NCBI RefSeq assembly: GCF_025526975.1
Contig: NW_026515669.1
Span: 868,001 to 932,000, forward strand
DNA: 64,000 nt
From: Fimicolochytrium jonesii
Taxonomy: Eukaryota
Reading direction: 5' to 3'
The notes under the pieces are model-generated. The model had not been told where the DNA came from and searched no databases. It worked only from the letters and a program-made list of their open reading frames with translations. Each line of letters starts with the position of its first letter. The stretch's first letter is position 1. Shown one piece after another: positions 1-11,536 of the stretch. The position numbers were made by a program, and so were the translations under genes.

Positions 1-574
1 CAGCGCACGACATAACCCTTCTTGATCTCCCCATATCCGCCCGCCCGTCCAGTCTTGAGATCTATACATTCCAGTTCCGGGTCCATGTCCTTATTCGCAA
101 CGTTGACTCGTGCGTAGATCAATGTGCCCACTTCCAAATTTGGCCTATTCCTTTTTGTAGCTCCTTCAAAGGCGAGAATGGGAAGAATGGCTCGGTGCGC
201 CGATCCAATGTCTACTGAGAAGGACTCGCCGTGTCGAGCTGCAATTGTTCCTAGGACTGAATCACCTACTGCTGGGACATACTACACGAAGAAAAAACGG
301 TAATGAGCGAGAGTACCCTCCCAAACGACGTGTGAAAAGTCCCAAACACACATACCCGCTTCTGAGTGTTGTCCACCCACCACCTGTTCCCAGCCCCGTG
401 ATGCAGAAGCCCAGCCTTCACCGCCACGAGCTCTCCACCCTCCTGATGCAGACCAGGCCCCACTCGGACTTTCGTGGGTGTAACCCCGCTCGTTGCCTCG
501 ATATTGAGTGGTATCCTGTCGCCGGGAACGACAGGCCTGGGAACTTTCGAGTACGTTTCGGAACCGAGAGCCAT
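1..574 (-). CDS. RRP40: Exosome complex component Rrp40 (S1/KH), 3' part runs off window
   Basis: Exon 574-356 (MALGSETY...WWVDNTQKR) spliced over GT-AG intron 355-282 to YVPAVGDSVLGTIAARHGESFSVDIGS...LAFEGATKRNRPNLEVGTLIYARV, the Rrp40 signature. Confidence 0.93.
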
Positions 575-1043
575 GGCTGTTTGAGACTGGAGCAAATTGT
601 TCGAAAAGTCGAGGCTCGCACTACAAGCACAGAGGTGATTCCAGAGTGTTTCGAGGCCAGGTTAGAAATCTGCCAACGTCAGGGTTGCGTTGCGCGGTTC
701 AGTGTAGTCGATCTATCTAGGTTTACAGAGGATTCTGGGGTTTCTCTGCCAACTCGAAACGTCTTCGAAGCGCGCTGATGGCGCTGACCAGACCACTGGG
801 ATGAAATGACTTACGTTGTGCCAAGCTGCCAAGTTCGCCAGTCGCCAAGGAACATCCAGCCTCATCCAAGCCACAGCAGCCAAGCGATCTGATATCAATA
901 TCAACATCTACTTCAAACGTCAGGACGTACAGAGAATCAGCCGCACATATTTACGGTCGTTTAGGCGGTGGGAGCCCCTGGAACATCACATTCGTCGACC
1001 TCGCACGCCATCACACTTTTGACATCCTTCTTTTCGCTGAACG

Positions 1044-1891
1044 ATGAACGATTCACGACCTCTTCCACCAGGGTAGGTGCAGCATCCATCGCCGACATCA
1101 GAGCTACCTTGGTCTCATTCTTCCCTTCCTAAATGTATACTTAGTTGGATAACCCAATGGGATGCCAACTACCAAAGATATTTCTTCGTCGGTAAGTTGT
1201 CGCGCGTTCTTGCTTAGACTATGCCTCAGAGTTCCGGTTTTAACATACATAACACATCATATCAGATACTAGCACCGGACAATCCTCGTGGAATGATCCC
1301 AGAGGTCCTCTTCCCAACGCTCCAAGCTCGCAATTGCCGCCTGCATACGGCGTTGGAGCCGCAGCTGGAGGACCACCAAACTACTCGCAGCAGGCACCTG
1401 CACAGAACTTTGCCCCTACGCCGGAGCAATACCAATCGTATCAGCAGCAACAGCAGCCCCCGCAGTATCAGCAGAATGTCCCGCCTGGCGGCTCTGACGA
1501 TCGAGGCCTCGGAAAACTGGCTATGGGCGCAGCCGGGATCTACGCGTTATCAAGCGTTTTGAAGCCTCAACACGGTCATTCCGGAGGCGGCCTGGGTGGC
1601 CTGGGCGCCTTGCTGGGCGGGGGAGGCGGTCATGGAGGGGGTGGATATGGTGGCCACGGGTACGGCCATGGACCATCGCATGGTTCTAGCGGGTTCGGCG
1701 GCGGCGGTATGCTTCCCGGCATGGCGCTGGGTATGGGCGGAATGGCTCTCATGGGCGGGATGGGCGGCAGAAAGCACAAACGCTACGGAAGGAAGCACAA
1801 AGGATGGGGCAAGAGCAAGGGTTGGGGAAAGCACAAGGGATGGGGAATGGGAAAATGGAAAGGTGGGAAAGGATTTGGGAAATGGAAGTAG
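1044..1891 (+). CDS. WW-domain protein with Gln/Gly-rich body and Lys/Trp/Gly tail (Wwm1-like architecture)
   Basis: Introns 1073-1144 and 1192-1265 give MNDSRPLPPGWITQWDANYQRYFFVDTSTGQSSWNDPR (WW domain), continuing into ORF 1334-1891. Confidence 0.85.
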
Positions 1892-2413
1892 ACGGACATG
1901 GTTCATTTGGTATTACGTCACCACCGAAAACTGGTCCATGCCTGATAAGGCAACGTGGGGTTTGGCAGCTTTGCCCCAAATTATTCTACGTGCAAACGAC
2001 TAGTAGGCCCGAAATACGGCCTACAAACTACAATTCCCGCAAGATGGTGCCATGTGCGGCAGTTTTAGAGGATGGAAGCATCGCCTCTCGGAACCCCCAC
2101 GTCAATCCCCTCAGGGCCACGCCCGACACCCAAAGCTACCCCGTCAGAAAAGCGAACATATCATCGTGCGAAATACGAGGCCCATATGAACGCTACCGAA
2201 AGAAAAATAGAGTTTGTCCCACGGCAGTTCGGATCCCGAGCTGCCTGCGTTTCAAGGTAAACCGAACACGCAGTATGTATGGATTAAGCGCGCGGACAAG
2301 GATAAGCGGACGCATCGTCGCGATCGACCTTGGCATCAAAAAATTGATGGTCGCCGAACGGCCAGCCAGGGAACATAAAGCTGTGCCTCTTCCAGTTCCA
2401 TGTGGGAAGTGGT

Positions 2414-3162
2414 TCATGGCGGTATCATTGTGGCAAATCGCTTGGTTCCAAGGAAAGACAGAAGGGGATCGTCCTTCGATCCAAAGTTTCGACCATCCCA
2501 TACGCTCTCCTGTGCGTATGCTTCAGTGATGCGACAGAATAGTATAGCATGTCCATCCCGTTCGGATATGTCTTCGATTTCGCATAAAAGATGCGCGACG
2601 GTGCCCTGAATGGCGATCAGTGGCGGATCTTCATCCTCTGTCGGCTCCCATTCTAGTTTCGTGTAGTTAATTTTGCAGATGGGTATTGCAAACTCTTCGA
2701 ATTTGTCCTTGACCTTCCCCGAGCATGATCCAATGGAAAGCACCAGCTCCTCGGATCGTAGCGTCGGAACATTCAGCACTATGCAAATAAGCATAATCGT
2801 TTGGATTTAATATTGCGTCCATCGTAAAAACTCCAGTTGAACTAGTTGTAAAGTTTCGTACCAAAAGTGTTCGTATGCTGCAGGAGAGACCAAGTATGGC
2901 GATTCAAGTTCATCGAACTGACAAAATGACCCTGGTTATCGATCGCCGTCAACCAGGATATCGTCATGACATTCCTCGCCCAAGTTCCCAGCCCATCGCC
3001 AGCCTCCCCTGTCGTCTCGGTCGTGGTCGCTTCCAGTGGAACTCGCGCGCTTACGGTCAGCAGACACACGGGGTTGGGATAGAGCAGCCTTGAGAGCATG
3101 TGCTTTTGCACCGCTATGGCTTTTGTCGCAGTTGAGGGATTGATGAGGGTCGGTTGTGCCAT
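2414..3162 (-). CDS. Flavin reductase-like (FMN-binding split barrel, DIM6/NTAB-type) protein
   Basis: Two exons (intron 2861-2779); motifs LLYPNPVCLLT, NVMTISWLT, VLNVP, IGSCSG..DKF, DGHAILFC. Confidence 0.8.
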
Positions 3163-3345
3163 TGTGTTGCCGTTCCAGAAAGCGTTCCAGGAAAAGCATC
3201 GAGTCCGGAACGCGTCCGAATGCGACCGCTGCCATTGACGTTTGATTTGACGTTCCCCTTCAAATTCACAGCCTGTTCAGAACCCACAGATAGCCCCAGA
3301 AGTCGTCCTCCAGAAGAAAACCTACGATCTTGTAACAACTCCAGC

Positions 3346-4359
3346 ATGAAGCGCGTGCTGATACTCATAGCGGCGCTCCTATCGCTCGCTTCGGTCGCCG
3401 CGAAAGCAGGCAACCATGTGGTTGATCTCACGGACTCCGACCTGGACTCAGAATTGGAAGGACGGGAGTGGGTTGTCGAATTGTAAGTTTGGTCAAGACC
3501 CCTTTAGAATCACTTTTCCGTTCAAAGGGGGGAAATGCACTTTAGGAGGGACGAGCCGAGGTTTCTCACTTCATACCGCAACCTCCTGTAGTTACGCGAA
3601 ATGGTGCGGGGCTTGCCAGCGGTTCACCTCCGAATACGAAAACGCAGCCGCCCAGCTCCACAAGGAACGCCCTGAACTGAGCCTCGGTCGTGTGGATGTA
3701 GATGCGAATCCAGTGGCATCTGCTAGGTTTATGATATCACGGTAGCGTTTCACTTCTCCATAATGGCACGTAGAAGCTCTGAAACTGATTCCCTGATGAC
3801 GTCTATAGGTTACCGACAATTTATCATGTTCTGAATAAGACGGCACGGCCTATGGAAGTTCGACGAACGGCTGCTGATGTGGTGGAATATCTGACTGAAG
3901 AACGGTGGCGGTCGGTGGAGCCCTTGAACGCTTGGTATTCACCCTTCTCTGTGGGCGGCCACATTCTGGGGACGAGTAAGTGGGATACGGGGGGTACGGC
4001 CGGATGGCCATGCATTCATTCTCACCGCATACATCTATAGTTGGAGGGCTTGGATCTCACCTGGTCAACTTTGCGCAAACATTGCGGACTCTGAGGTTTG
4101 GACACCCAACAGTCATGATTGAACTGATATGTATGGGTTTACTCATGCATTTCTGTCGAAAACCCAGGGTCGAGCAATGGGCATATATTGGCGCCGGGGG
4201 CTTCGTGGTAAGCTACACATATCACCGCATGTGTATGCAACTGCTGGACGGTACTCATCAATATCTTCTTATCTGCAGCTCATCTTACTCCTGGGTCGCC
4301 TGTTCGCCGACACACCCACACCAGGACCTCCACGACGCGAAACGAAGAAGTCGAAGTGA
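3346..4359 (+). CDS. ER membrane thioredoxin/PDI-family protein (TMX1-like)
   Basis: Signal peptide MKRVLILIAALLSLASVAA, WVVEF-YAKWCGAC active site, GRVDVD, hydrophobic C-terminal segment, terminal KKSK di-lysine motif; multi-exon. Confidence 0.85.
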
Positions 4360-4812
4360 GGCGTAATCGAATGTACATGAACAGGAATGTGGGCTCCGAG
4401 CGTTGCTTACCGACGGGATGAGCTGAAAAAAAAGCAGTCCACCTCGAATGTTTTATCCATACGTACTCGGTCTGTTACACGAAAACGTTATTATATGTAT
4501 GTAGGAGCCCAGTGCTGCTGGGGGGGGGGGGGGGGGGAAATCATATTTGCCACGTACAGTATAAGCTTTTAAAGAGGTTCGCGGTCACGGACGGAGCCCT
4601 GAGTCATGCATGACGCGCCAAATGGAAGGTGACGTCATGTTCTCCTCGCGTCTCCAGAATCCCGACTCCAAAGGTCTGCGATTTTTTGGGTGGGACTGCA
4701 CCCTAGGAGGAAAAAGGTTTTCGGGTCTGGCAAGGCCCTGCATTGAGTCGCTTGCAAAAGCTCCCCACTCCATAGATAGCTAACTCTGGACAAACTCAGA
4801 AACACGGAAACA

Positions 4813-7800
4813 ATGTCGGAATCAGGAGAAGCCGGTTACAGGGGAACCCGGGAGCAGGAGAAGCCTGTGAGGCCGGCCGGTGGGCTCCTCAACCAACTGT
4901 TAACCGACAACCGAGCCCGCGCACGGCAGAGGCCGGCTCGTCAGGACAGAACCGTCGGTCCTCGGCACTATCGAAAGGACATTATGGTTGATTCGGACGG
5001 GAATATCGATGATCGGGAGAAACTTATCGCTGCCCTCGAAGGCCTCGATGGAGACTGCGAAGAAGTTCGAGAAACGAAACATGGCGAAAACTCGAAAACG
5101 CATTCCTTGGTACCCAGGCCTTATGTGCATAAAACCACCGGGCTCGCACTGGTCCGCACGAACTACTACATTCGAAAATCCAGCAACCGAGAAACGAGAC
5201 CGATGGAGAAACAAAAGCCGTTCCAAGCCCTCAATGCCAAGTTCCATGCGCAGAGCTACGTGAAGAACATCCGCCAGCTGCCGAAGAACAAGCACTTTGT
5301 CATGTTCTTTGTCTGGATCGACTTGCTGGTTGACTGCTTGATGTGCATTGCGTACATCGATCAGATATCCGTGTCTGCCCCTCTCACGGATGTCTCGCCA
5401 TCATGGCTGTTCTTTTCGCGCCCGAGATGGTTGTGGGTTGCATTAGTGGTGTGCAGCGTGTACAACCTGGGATCCTTCTTGACGCGCATTGTCGGCACGG
5501 CAGAGAAACGAAAAGCGCTGTTCTCCGTGGAGCCATTACTCGACCTGTTGACGGCTGTGCCATTCATAGTGAGCTTGTTTCTCCCCAATGGTATGCATGG
5601 TCTGGTGCGTTTGTACCTTCCCTTCCCTGGTGCATTGAACTCATGAACTACACCTCCTATTCTCAGGCCAAAACCTTTACGTGCCATACTTCTTACGGGT
5701 TTGGTACGTCCGTTGGCGTGCTCTCCGAGTGCTAGGAGCACACGCTTCCATCGATTCAGATAGCGGCGCCGTGGCGATCAATCCCGTTCGGCAACAGTTG
5801 ACAAACCTTTTCGTTCTCATTCTGGCGCTCCTCTTCTCGATGATGTGCGCGTTCCAGTGGGCTGAGCTGGCCTTCGCCGGTACAACCTACACAGCCATCG
5901 ACGTTCTGTATTTCTCATTCGTGACCGCTTCCACCATCGGTTATGGAGATATATCACCGTCTCACTGGGTATCGAGGCTGATTACGATTGCCTTCATTGT
6001 GCTTATCCTCACACTGATTCCCGGTCTCATCGGCGACTTCTTGGAGGCGTGGCGACTGAATCAGGACAGTAGTAAGACCTATGTACCTGGCCGGAATCAG
6101 CATATTATTCTCATCGGGAACTTTACCAACGCCAATCGTGTTCAAGACCTTCTAAACGGTTTCCTTGACATACGAAACAACAACTCAACCGACACGCACC
6201 TCATTTTAGTTGGCTCAAAGGAAGCGCCGCGAGCGGTCGAATCTCTGTTGACCCTCCCCTTCTACAAATCATGCACGACCTATATTCAGGGAACGCCGTT
6301 GAATGAAAGCGATTTTAGACGGATGAAATCGAAAGACGCCGCCGCGGCTTTCGTTCTCGCACATCGAAACGCGACCGATTGGTTCGAGGAGGACCAACAC
6401 ACCACCTTGGCGGCGTGGTCCTTCCATATCCATAACCCAAAAGTACCATTGTACGCCGAAGTTCTCCTTCCCGAAACCGCCGCCTTCCAACAGATGGCGC
6501 GGGTCGTCATCTGCGTCGATCAAATCAAACAAGTTCTGATTGCCTATAACTCGCTCTATCCCGGAATGTCGACCTTGATCCTGAACCTCATCTTCCAATC
6601 AAACCCTTCCACTCAGTGCGTCTATCCTTGGGAGTTCCAGTACTCGGACGGCCTCGCCAATGAGATCTACACTGATACTGCAAACCCTATATTCGTGGGT
6701 CGCAGTTTTACGTGGGTCTCGTGGTATCTGTACGTGGAGTTTCAGGTCACTCTTTTCGCCATCAGCCCGGAACCTTCGTCAGCTACCGATGCGGTCCCAG
6801 AACACGGGCGAAACACCCTACCGTCGTGGAACAACGAGCGCGAGTACGCTGCCGGTTCTTTACTGTTGAACCCTGGACGGAACTACAAGATCCAGAAAGG
6901 CGATGTATGTTATTACATTGCCAATGTTCGAGAAGAAGTCGACAGAATAGGGAGAATGACCGCGGAGAACTTGCGGAACTCCTTGAGACAGTATGGGATC
7001 CGTGACGAGTGCCTCGATGTGACGGTCAATATCGACCCGCCAGGCAACGAGGAACGCAAAAGCCAAGCCAATACGCGGCTGAATCAACCGTCCGCAGCTA
7101 CGCTCACGGCGCCGAGTTACAACATCATCAATGCTTCGGACGATGAAAGCGACGAAGACGACCGGAACGGTGCCATGAGAATGAGGAAAACATCCCATGC
7201 GAGCAACCAGCCTGCCACTGCCACTGTATTGAACGGCCCTCCAACTCCACCAGCTCCACCATTGGATGACTGCCACCCAGACCCCATGGTACAGATCAAG
7301 CAGGAGACCTTCCAAGGCCGACCTGAAGCACCTTACACCGCAACCGCATCCGAGCAACCACCCGTTTGCCATCTTCTCCGAATTCAACGAACGAATGTAT
7401 CTGAGTGCCTGGTGGACGACGCCACACACTTGAGGGATCATATCATCGTGTGCGCCGGCGAGCAACCACTCTTCCGCTTCCTCTGCACCCTCCGGTCTGT
7501 CTCCCTATCGTCACAGCATATCCGCGACATCCTCATCGTCGGGCCAAAGAAGCCCTCAGACCAGGAGTTCAGCCATAACCTCGCCGTGTTCCCAGGAATA
7601 TACTACATGGTAGCCGACTGTCGCCGCCGCGACGACATGCTCCGCACCGGCATCGAGTATGCGCGAACGATCTGCATCCTCTCCAAGCCGGAAAACGCGT
7701 TCGCCAACAACCCGGCGCAGAGCCGGTCTTCGGACACAACCTCTGACGACCTCACCACGTCCTTCGCCGACAGCGCGGCCGTGATGACGACCCACGTTGT

Positions 7801-8602
7801 CCACCAGATCCTGGCATCGTGCGGTGTGCCCGTAAACACCCACGCGCAGGACATAGTAGGCGGAGGCGAAAACGGCGATGAATCGCAAGGCATCGTCGGA
7901 CCCGTGAAGCAGCTACACGAGAACCAGCAACAAGACGCGGCGGAGGAGACCCAGCAAGACGACACAATCAAAATGGGCGAGGAGATCGAGATTACCGAGT
8001 TGCACTCCAAACCCGTGCGGGAGACGCCGTATGTGACTCTCGTCACGGAGTTGTTGGATCGGAAAAATATCCGTTTCCTGCATGCTTTGCAATCCGCCGC
8101 GCCTATCATCGACCACCTGCATTCACCCGTGTATGCGGCCGGGTACACCGTCGTGTCTGCCCTCCTGGACAATTTCGTGTATGCGGTGTATCAGAACCCA
8201 GCCATCATCGACATCGTCAAAGCCTTCTGCGGCGATTACAACCCCAGCAATCTCTCCGAGCCCTTCACCCCATCGGCCTCACAGAACGGCGGCAGCCCAA
8301 CCCCAGAATCCGAACCCGACCTCTCCGCCTCCCAACGCAGTTTCCTCAAATTCACACCCATCCCCAACGCATTCAAGGGAAAAACGTACGGCGAGCTCTA
8401 CCGCCACCTCGCGTTTGAGGCCGACACGGAGAAACATGCGAATGGGGCTGCGGTGCCTGATGCGGATCATAGCAGTATCCCTGTGGGGCTGCTCAGGCCG
8501 CCGAACCAGGCGCTGGGTAATTCCTTGCCTTTCGTTTATACCAACCCGGTTCCGTCGCTTGTGCTGCTGCGGGGCGATCAGGTTGCGGTGTTGAGGAATT
8601 AG
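4813..8602 (+). CDS. Slo-family (BK/KCNT-like) potassium channel with two RCK domains
   Basis: ORFs 4813 and 5681 joined by intron 5591-5666; TM helices, pore YFSFVTASTIGYGD, RCK motifs HIILIG, YPGMSTLILNL, YSDGLANEIY, HIIVC, PFVYTNP. Confidence 0.92.
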
Positions 8603-8915
8603 GACTAGCCAATATCTGCATCGGCCGGATGTTTTGGCGAGAGGAGTATCTATTATCATTTAATGCCCCCGAAAACTGTCTCTTTCTGCAACATTAATTT
8701 TGGCTGGACGTAAGAATACATGTTTGTTCGTGTGTATCATACATATGTGTATAGTTTTGATGTAAAATATGTGTCCAACGAGTGGTTTAGAAGAGCGTTT
8801 GAGCGTTGCCCGTTGAAGCGCTGCGACTTGCAAGGACACAAGTGTGCGATGATGAGATTTAGAAAAGGACTACGACGGTTCTATGACAGGCTAAGTCTAC
8901 ATATACAGACGCCGT

Positions 8916-10800
8916 TCAATTCAAGCCCAAAGTCTTCTTAACTTCCTGCACCAACTCCTCGCGCCTAACAATCGTCTCCAACTCCTGCGCATCCCCGCCC
9001 ATCTCCCCACTCTTCACAATCCTCCTCAGCTTCAATATCCCCTGCTCAATCTCCTGCTTGCCAACAATAACCGCCAACGGGATCTGCTCCTTGTGACAGG
9101 CCTCAAACTGCACCGTCAGGTTGCGCGGCTTGACCTTGAACATGGTCTCGGCAGGGACATTGGCGTCCCACAGCTCTGTGCAGATGCGTAAGCGGTCGGC
9201 GAGGAACCCTTCGCCGGCACCGATGACGTAGACTTGTGTGGCAGTGGATTTGATGTCGGCGGCTTTGCGTTGTTGGGAGAGGATGGCGAAGACGCGCTCA
9301 ACGCCGATGCTGACGCCGACACAAGGGATCTTCTTGTTGCCGGAGAACATGCCGACGAGATCGTCGTATCGACCACCGGCGGCGACGGAGCCGACGCCGA
9401 CTGGTTCGCCGTCTGTAAACAGTGAGGTTAGCATACCGTCGTCAGAACTCCCACGTCCGGGCAAGACATGACGCTTACTCTGCATTGTTGGTGAGTCAGT
9501 AATGACAGCCTCGTAAATGACACCCGTGTAGTAGTCCAGTCCTCGTGCAAGACTGAGGTCAAAGGAGACGCGGGGCAGTACGTCCAAAACTTCCAGGTAT
9601 CCCAGCAGAGTCCTCATCTCAGCGATACCAGTCCTTGCATTGGCGTTGCCCGTCAGCTTCTCGTCAGCCTCCAGAGTGTCGCAGAGCTCCTTGGCGCCTA
9701 ACGGACGAATGACATAGTTACAATGTGAATACAAATTTCTAATCGTCTCTGGCCGATTCAAACGATTCTCCTCCCATACCTTTCAGCTTCACGTACTGTC
9801 CTATCCGGTCAGCCACGTCTTCTGCCAGACCCTTCTCCTCCACCATCTCCTTCTTGACATCCGTCCATGACATCTTATCCAGCTTGTCAACAGCAGAAGA
9901 TATCGTGCGGATCTTGTCCGCAGGCACCCCGCAGACTTCAAACATGCCATCCAGAATCTTTCGGTGGTTGATCTTGATGGTAAAGTTTCCAATGTTCAAC
10001 CCTGACAGGATCTCTGACATGACGCGCACAGCCTCGGCATCAGGCACCATGGAGTCGTAGACACCGGCAATGTCGAAATCGCATTGGTAGAACTCTCGCA
10101 TGCGACCCCTGTTCATCGCGGGCTGATCTCTTCGGTAAACTTTCGCAATGTGGTACCTCTTCAAATTGGACACTCCGTTCTCCGCCAAGTACCGTGCAAA
10201 GGGAACGGTAAGGTCATATCTCAGTGAGCACTTTTCGCCTCCCTGGTCTTCCAGATCATAGATCAACTTGCTGTCCTCCCCGTATTTCCCAGAGAGGATC
10301 TCCTTCAGTTCGAAGACCGGGGTGTCAATGGTGACGGCTCCGTGGCGTTTGAATATTTTGATCACTGCTGAGAAAATGTGTTCGCGGATCGCCATGTCCT
10401 TCTCGTTGTAGTCTTTCGTTCCCTACGATCAGAAAATGATTGTCAGATGGTGATGAATGAGGCGGAGCAAAGATATCAATGGATTGCTTGGTGGTTGGAT
10501 GGTCGGATGGTTGAACCATACCCTGCTTGCTTCGCTCGCGACAAGGAGGTTGGACTGGGTGGTTGAGGGGAGTATTGCGCATTTGTCGCAATGTGGTGCT
10601 CGCTTTGCTCGCCAAGATCTGACGCTCGCTGGAGCCGTGGTAAAGGGGTATTGCGGCTTTGGCGCAAGAACTCGCTCCGCTCGCGCTCGTTAACGCTCGC
10701 AAATGCGTTCGCTCGTGAACATACCTTCGGCGTCTTAAGGGTAAAAGTCTTTACTTCGTCGTCAGCAGACTTTCCTTGCTCTGGTGCTGTTGCTGGTAGC

Positions 10801-10843
<43 letters not shown>

Positions 10844-11240
10844 GCCCTGCATTCTCAGCAGCAGGGTTGTTCTCTCCTCCCTTCTTTTTTGGTGGCAACA
10901 GCTCTGTCTTCTTTTTAGAGATCTCCTTCAGTTCCTCGATCCCCTTCATCTCAGCGTCCTTGTCCTTATTCTTCTTTGCCTCTTTGATGCGTACACGGCA
11001 CGCCTCCTCGAGAGTTTTGAGCTCAGCTAGTGCGGCGGCCTTCGTTGCTGGATCGGCCGTCATCTTGGCGTGAGCAGTGGAAGTGTGACGGGACGGTGTT
11101 GTGACTTTGAAGGGCGAAAGTGGGCGGGTGGGATATGCCAGGCCGGATGAAGCAAGCAAGGGAAGTGTAGTGGGAGTACGAAGGCGAGTAGGTACCAAGT
11201 TGCGACGAAGGAGACGTAGGGCGGCAGTCCTGTTGGGCAT
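8916..11240 (-). CDS. HTS1: Histidyl-tRNA synthetase, probably dual cytosolic/mitochondrial
   Basis: LKTPK|GTKDY (intron 10724-10423), [46 protein letters not shown]; in-frame ATGs at 11240 and 11063; 4 exons. Confidence 0.97.
10800..10844 (-). repeat. (CAA)14 CAG coding microsatellite encoding Q15 in the HisRS linker
   Basis: Perfect TTG run 10803-10844 on the + strand. Confidence 0.97.
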
Positions 11241-11351
11241 AAATGAGAGGGCAGCTTTTAGGGGTCCGACTGCCAAAATGGGCACTCCGCATGGACAGAG
11301 TGCAGGGGGGGGAAGGAGCAAGACCCCGTTGACGGAAGTGGCTTGGCGCTG

Positions 11352-11380
11352 TGACTCACCCAATGACTCACTGTGACTCA
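11352..11380. promoter_or_regulatory. Three tandem TGACTCA (Gcn4/CpcA/AP-1-type) sites upstream of HisRS
   Basis: TGACTCA at 11352-11358, 11364-11370 and 11374-11380, in the divergent promoter. Confidence 0.8.
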
Positions 11381-11536
11381 CCAAAAAAACGGCCGGCGTG
11401 CGTGCGGTCGCTTTTGCCTTTCTCCCCTCACGTCGTGAACTTGGAAGTCGGCAAGGCATCAACCCACTCTCGCCAACGACCTCTCAAACTACCCCTTATC
11501 GGTGCTCTCTGTAACGGACGACACTCTCTCACCGAA

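Noticed and set aside
1804..2529. 241-aa + strand ORF bridging two genes
   Set aside because: Overlaps the WW gene out of frame and the flavin reductase antisense; no domain signal
4520..4538. Poly-G run (also poly-C at 52915-52939)
   Set aside because: Isolated homopolymers with no flanking structure; length may be unreliable
10591..11073. ORFs with poly-Cys or poly-Leu
   Set aside because: Opposite-strand readings of the HisRS CAA repeat
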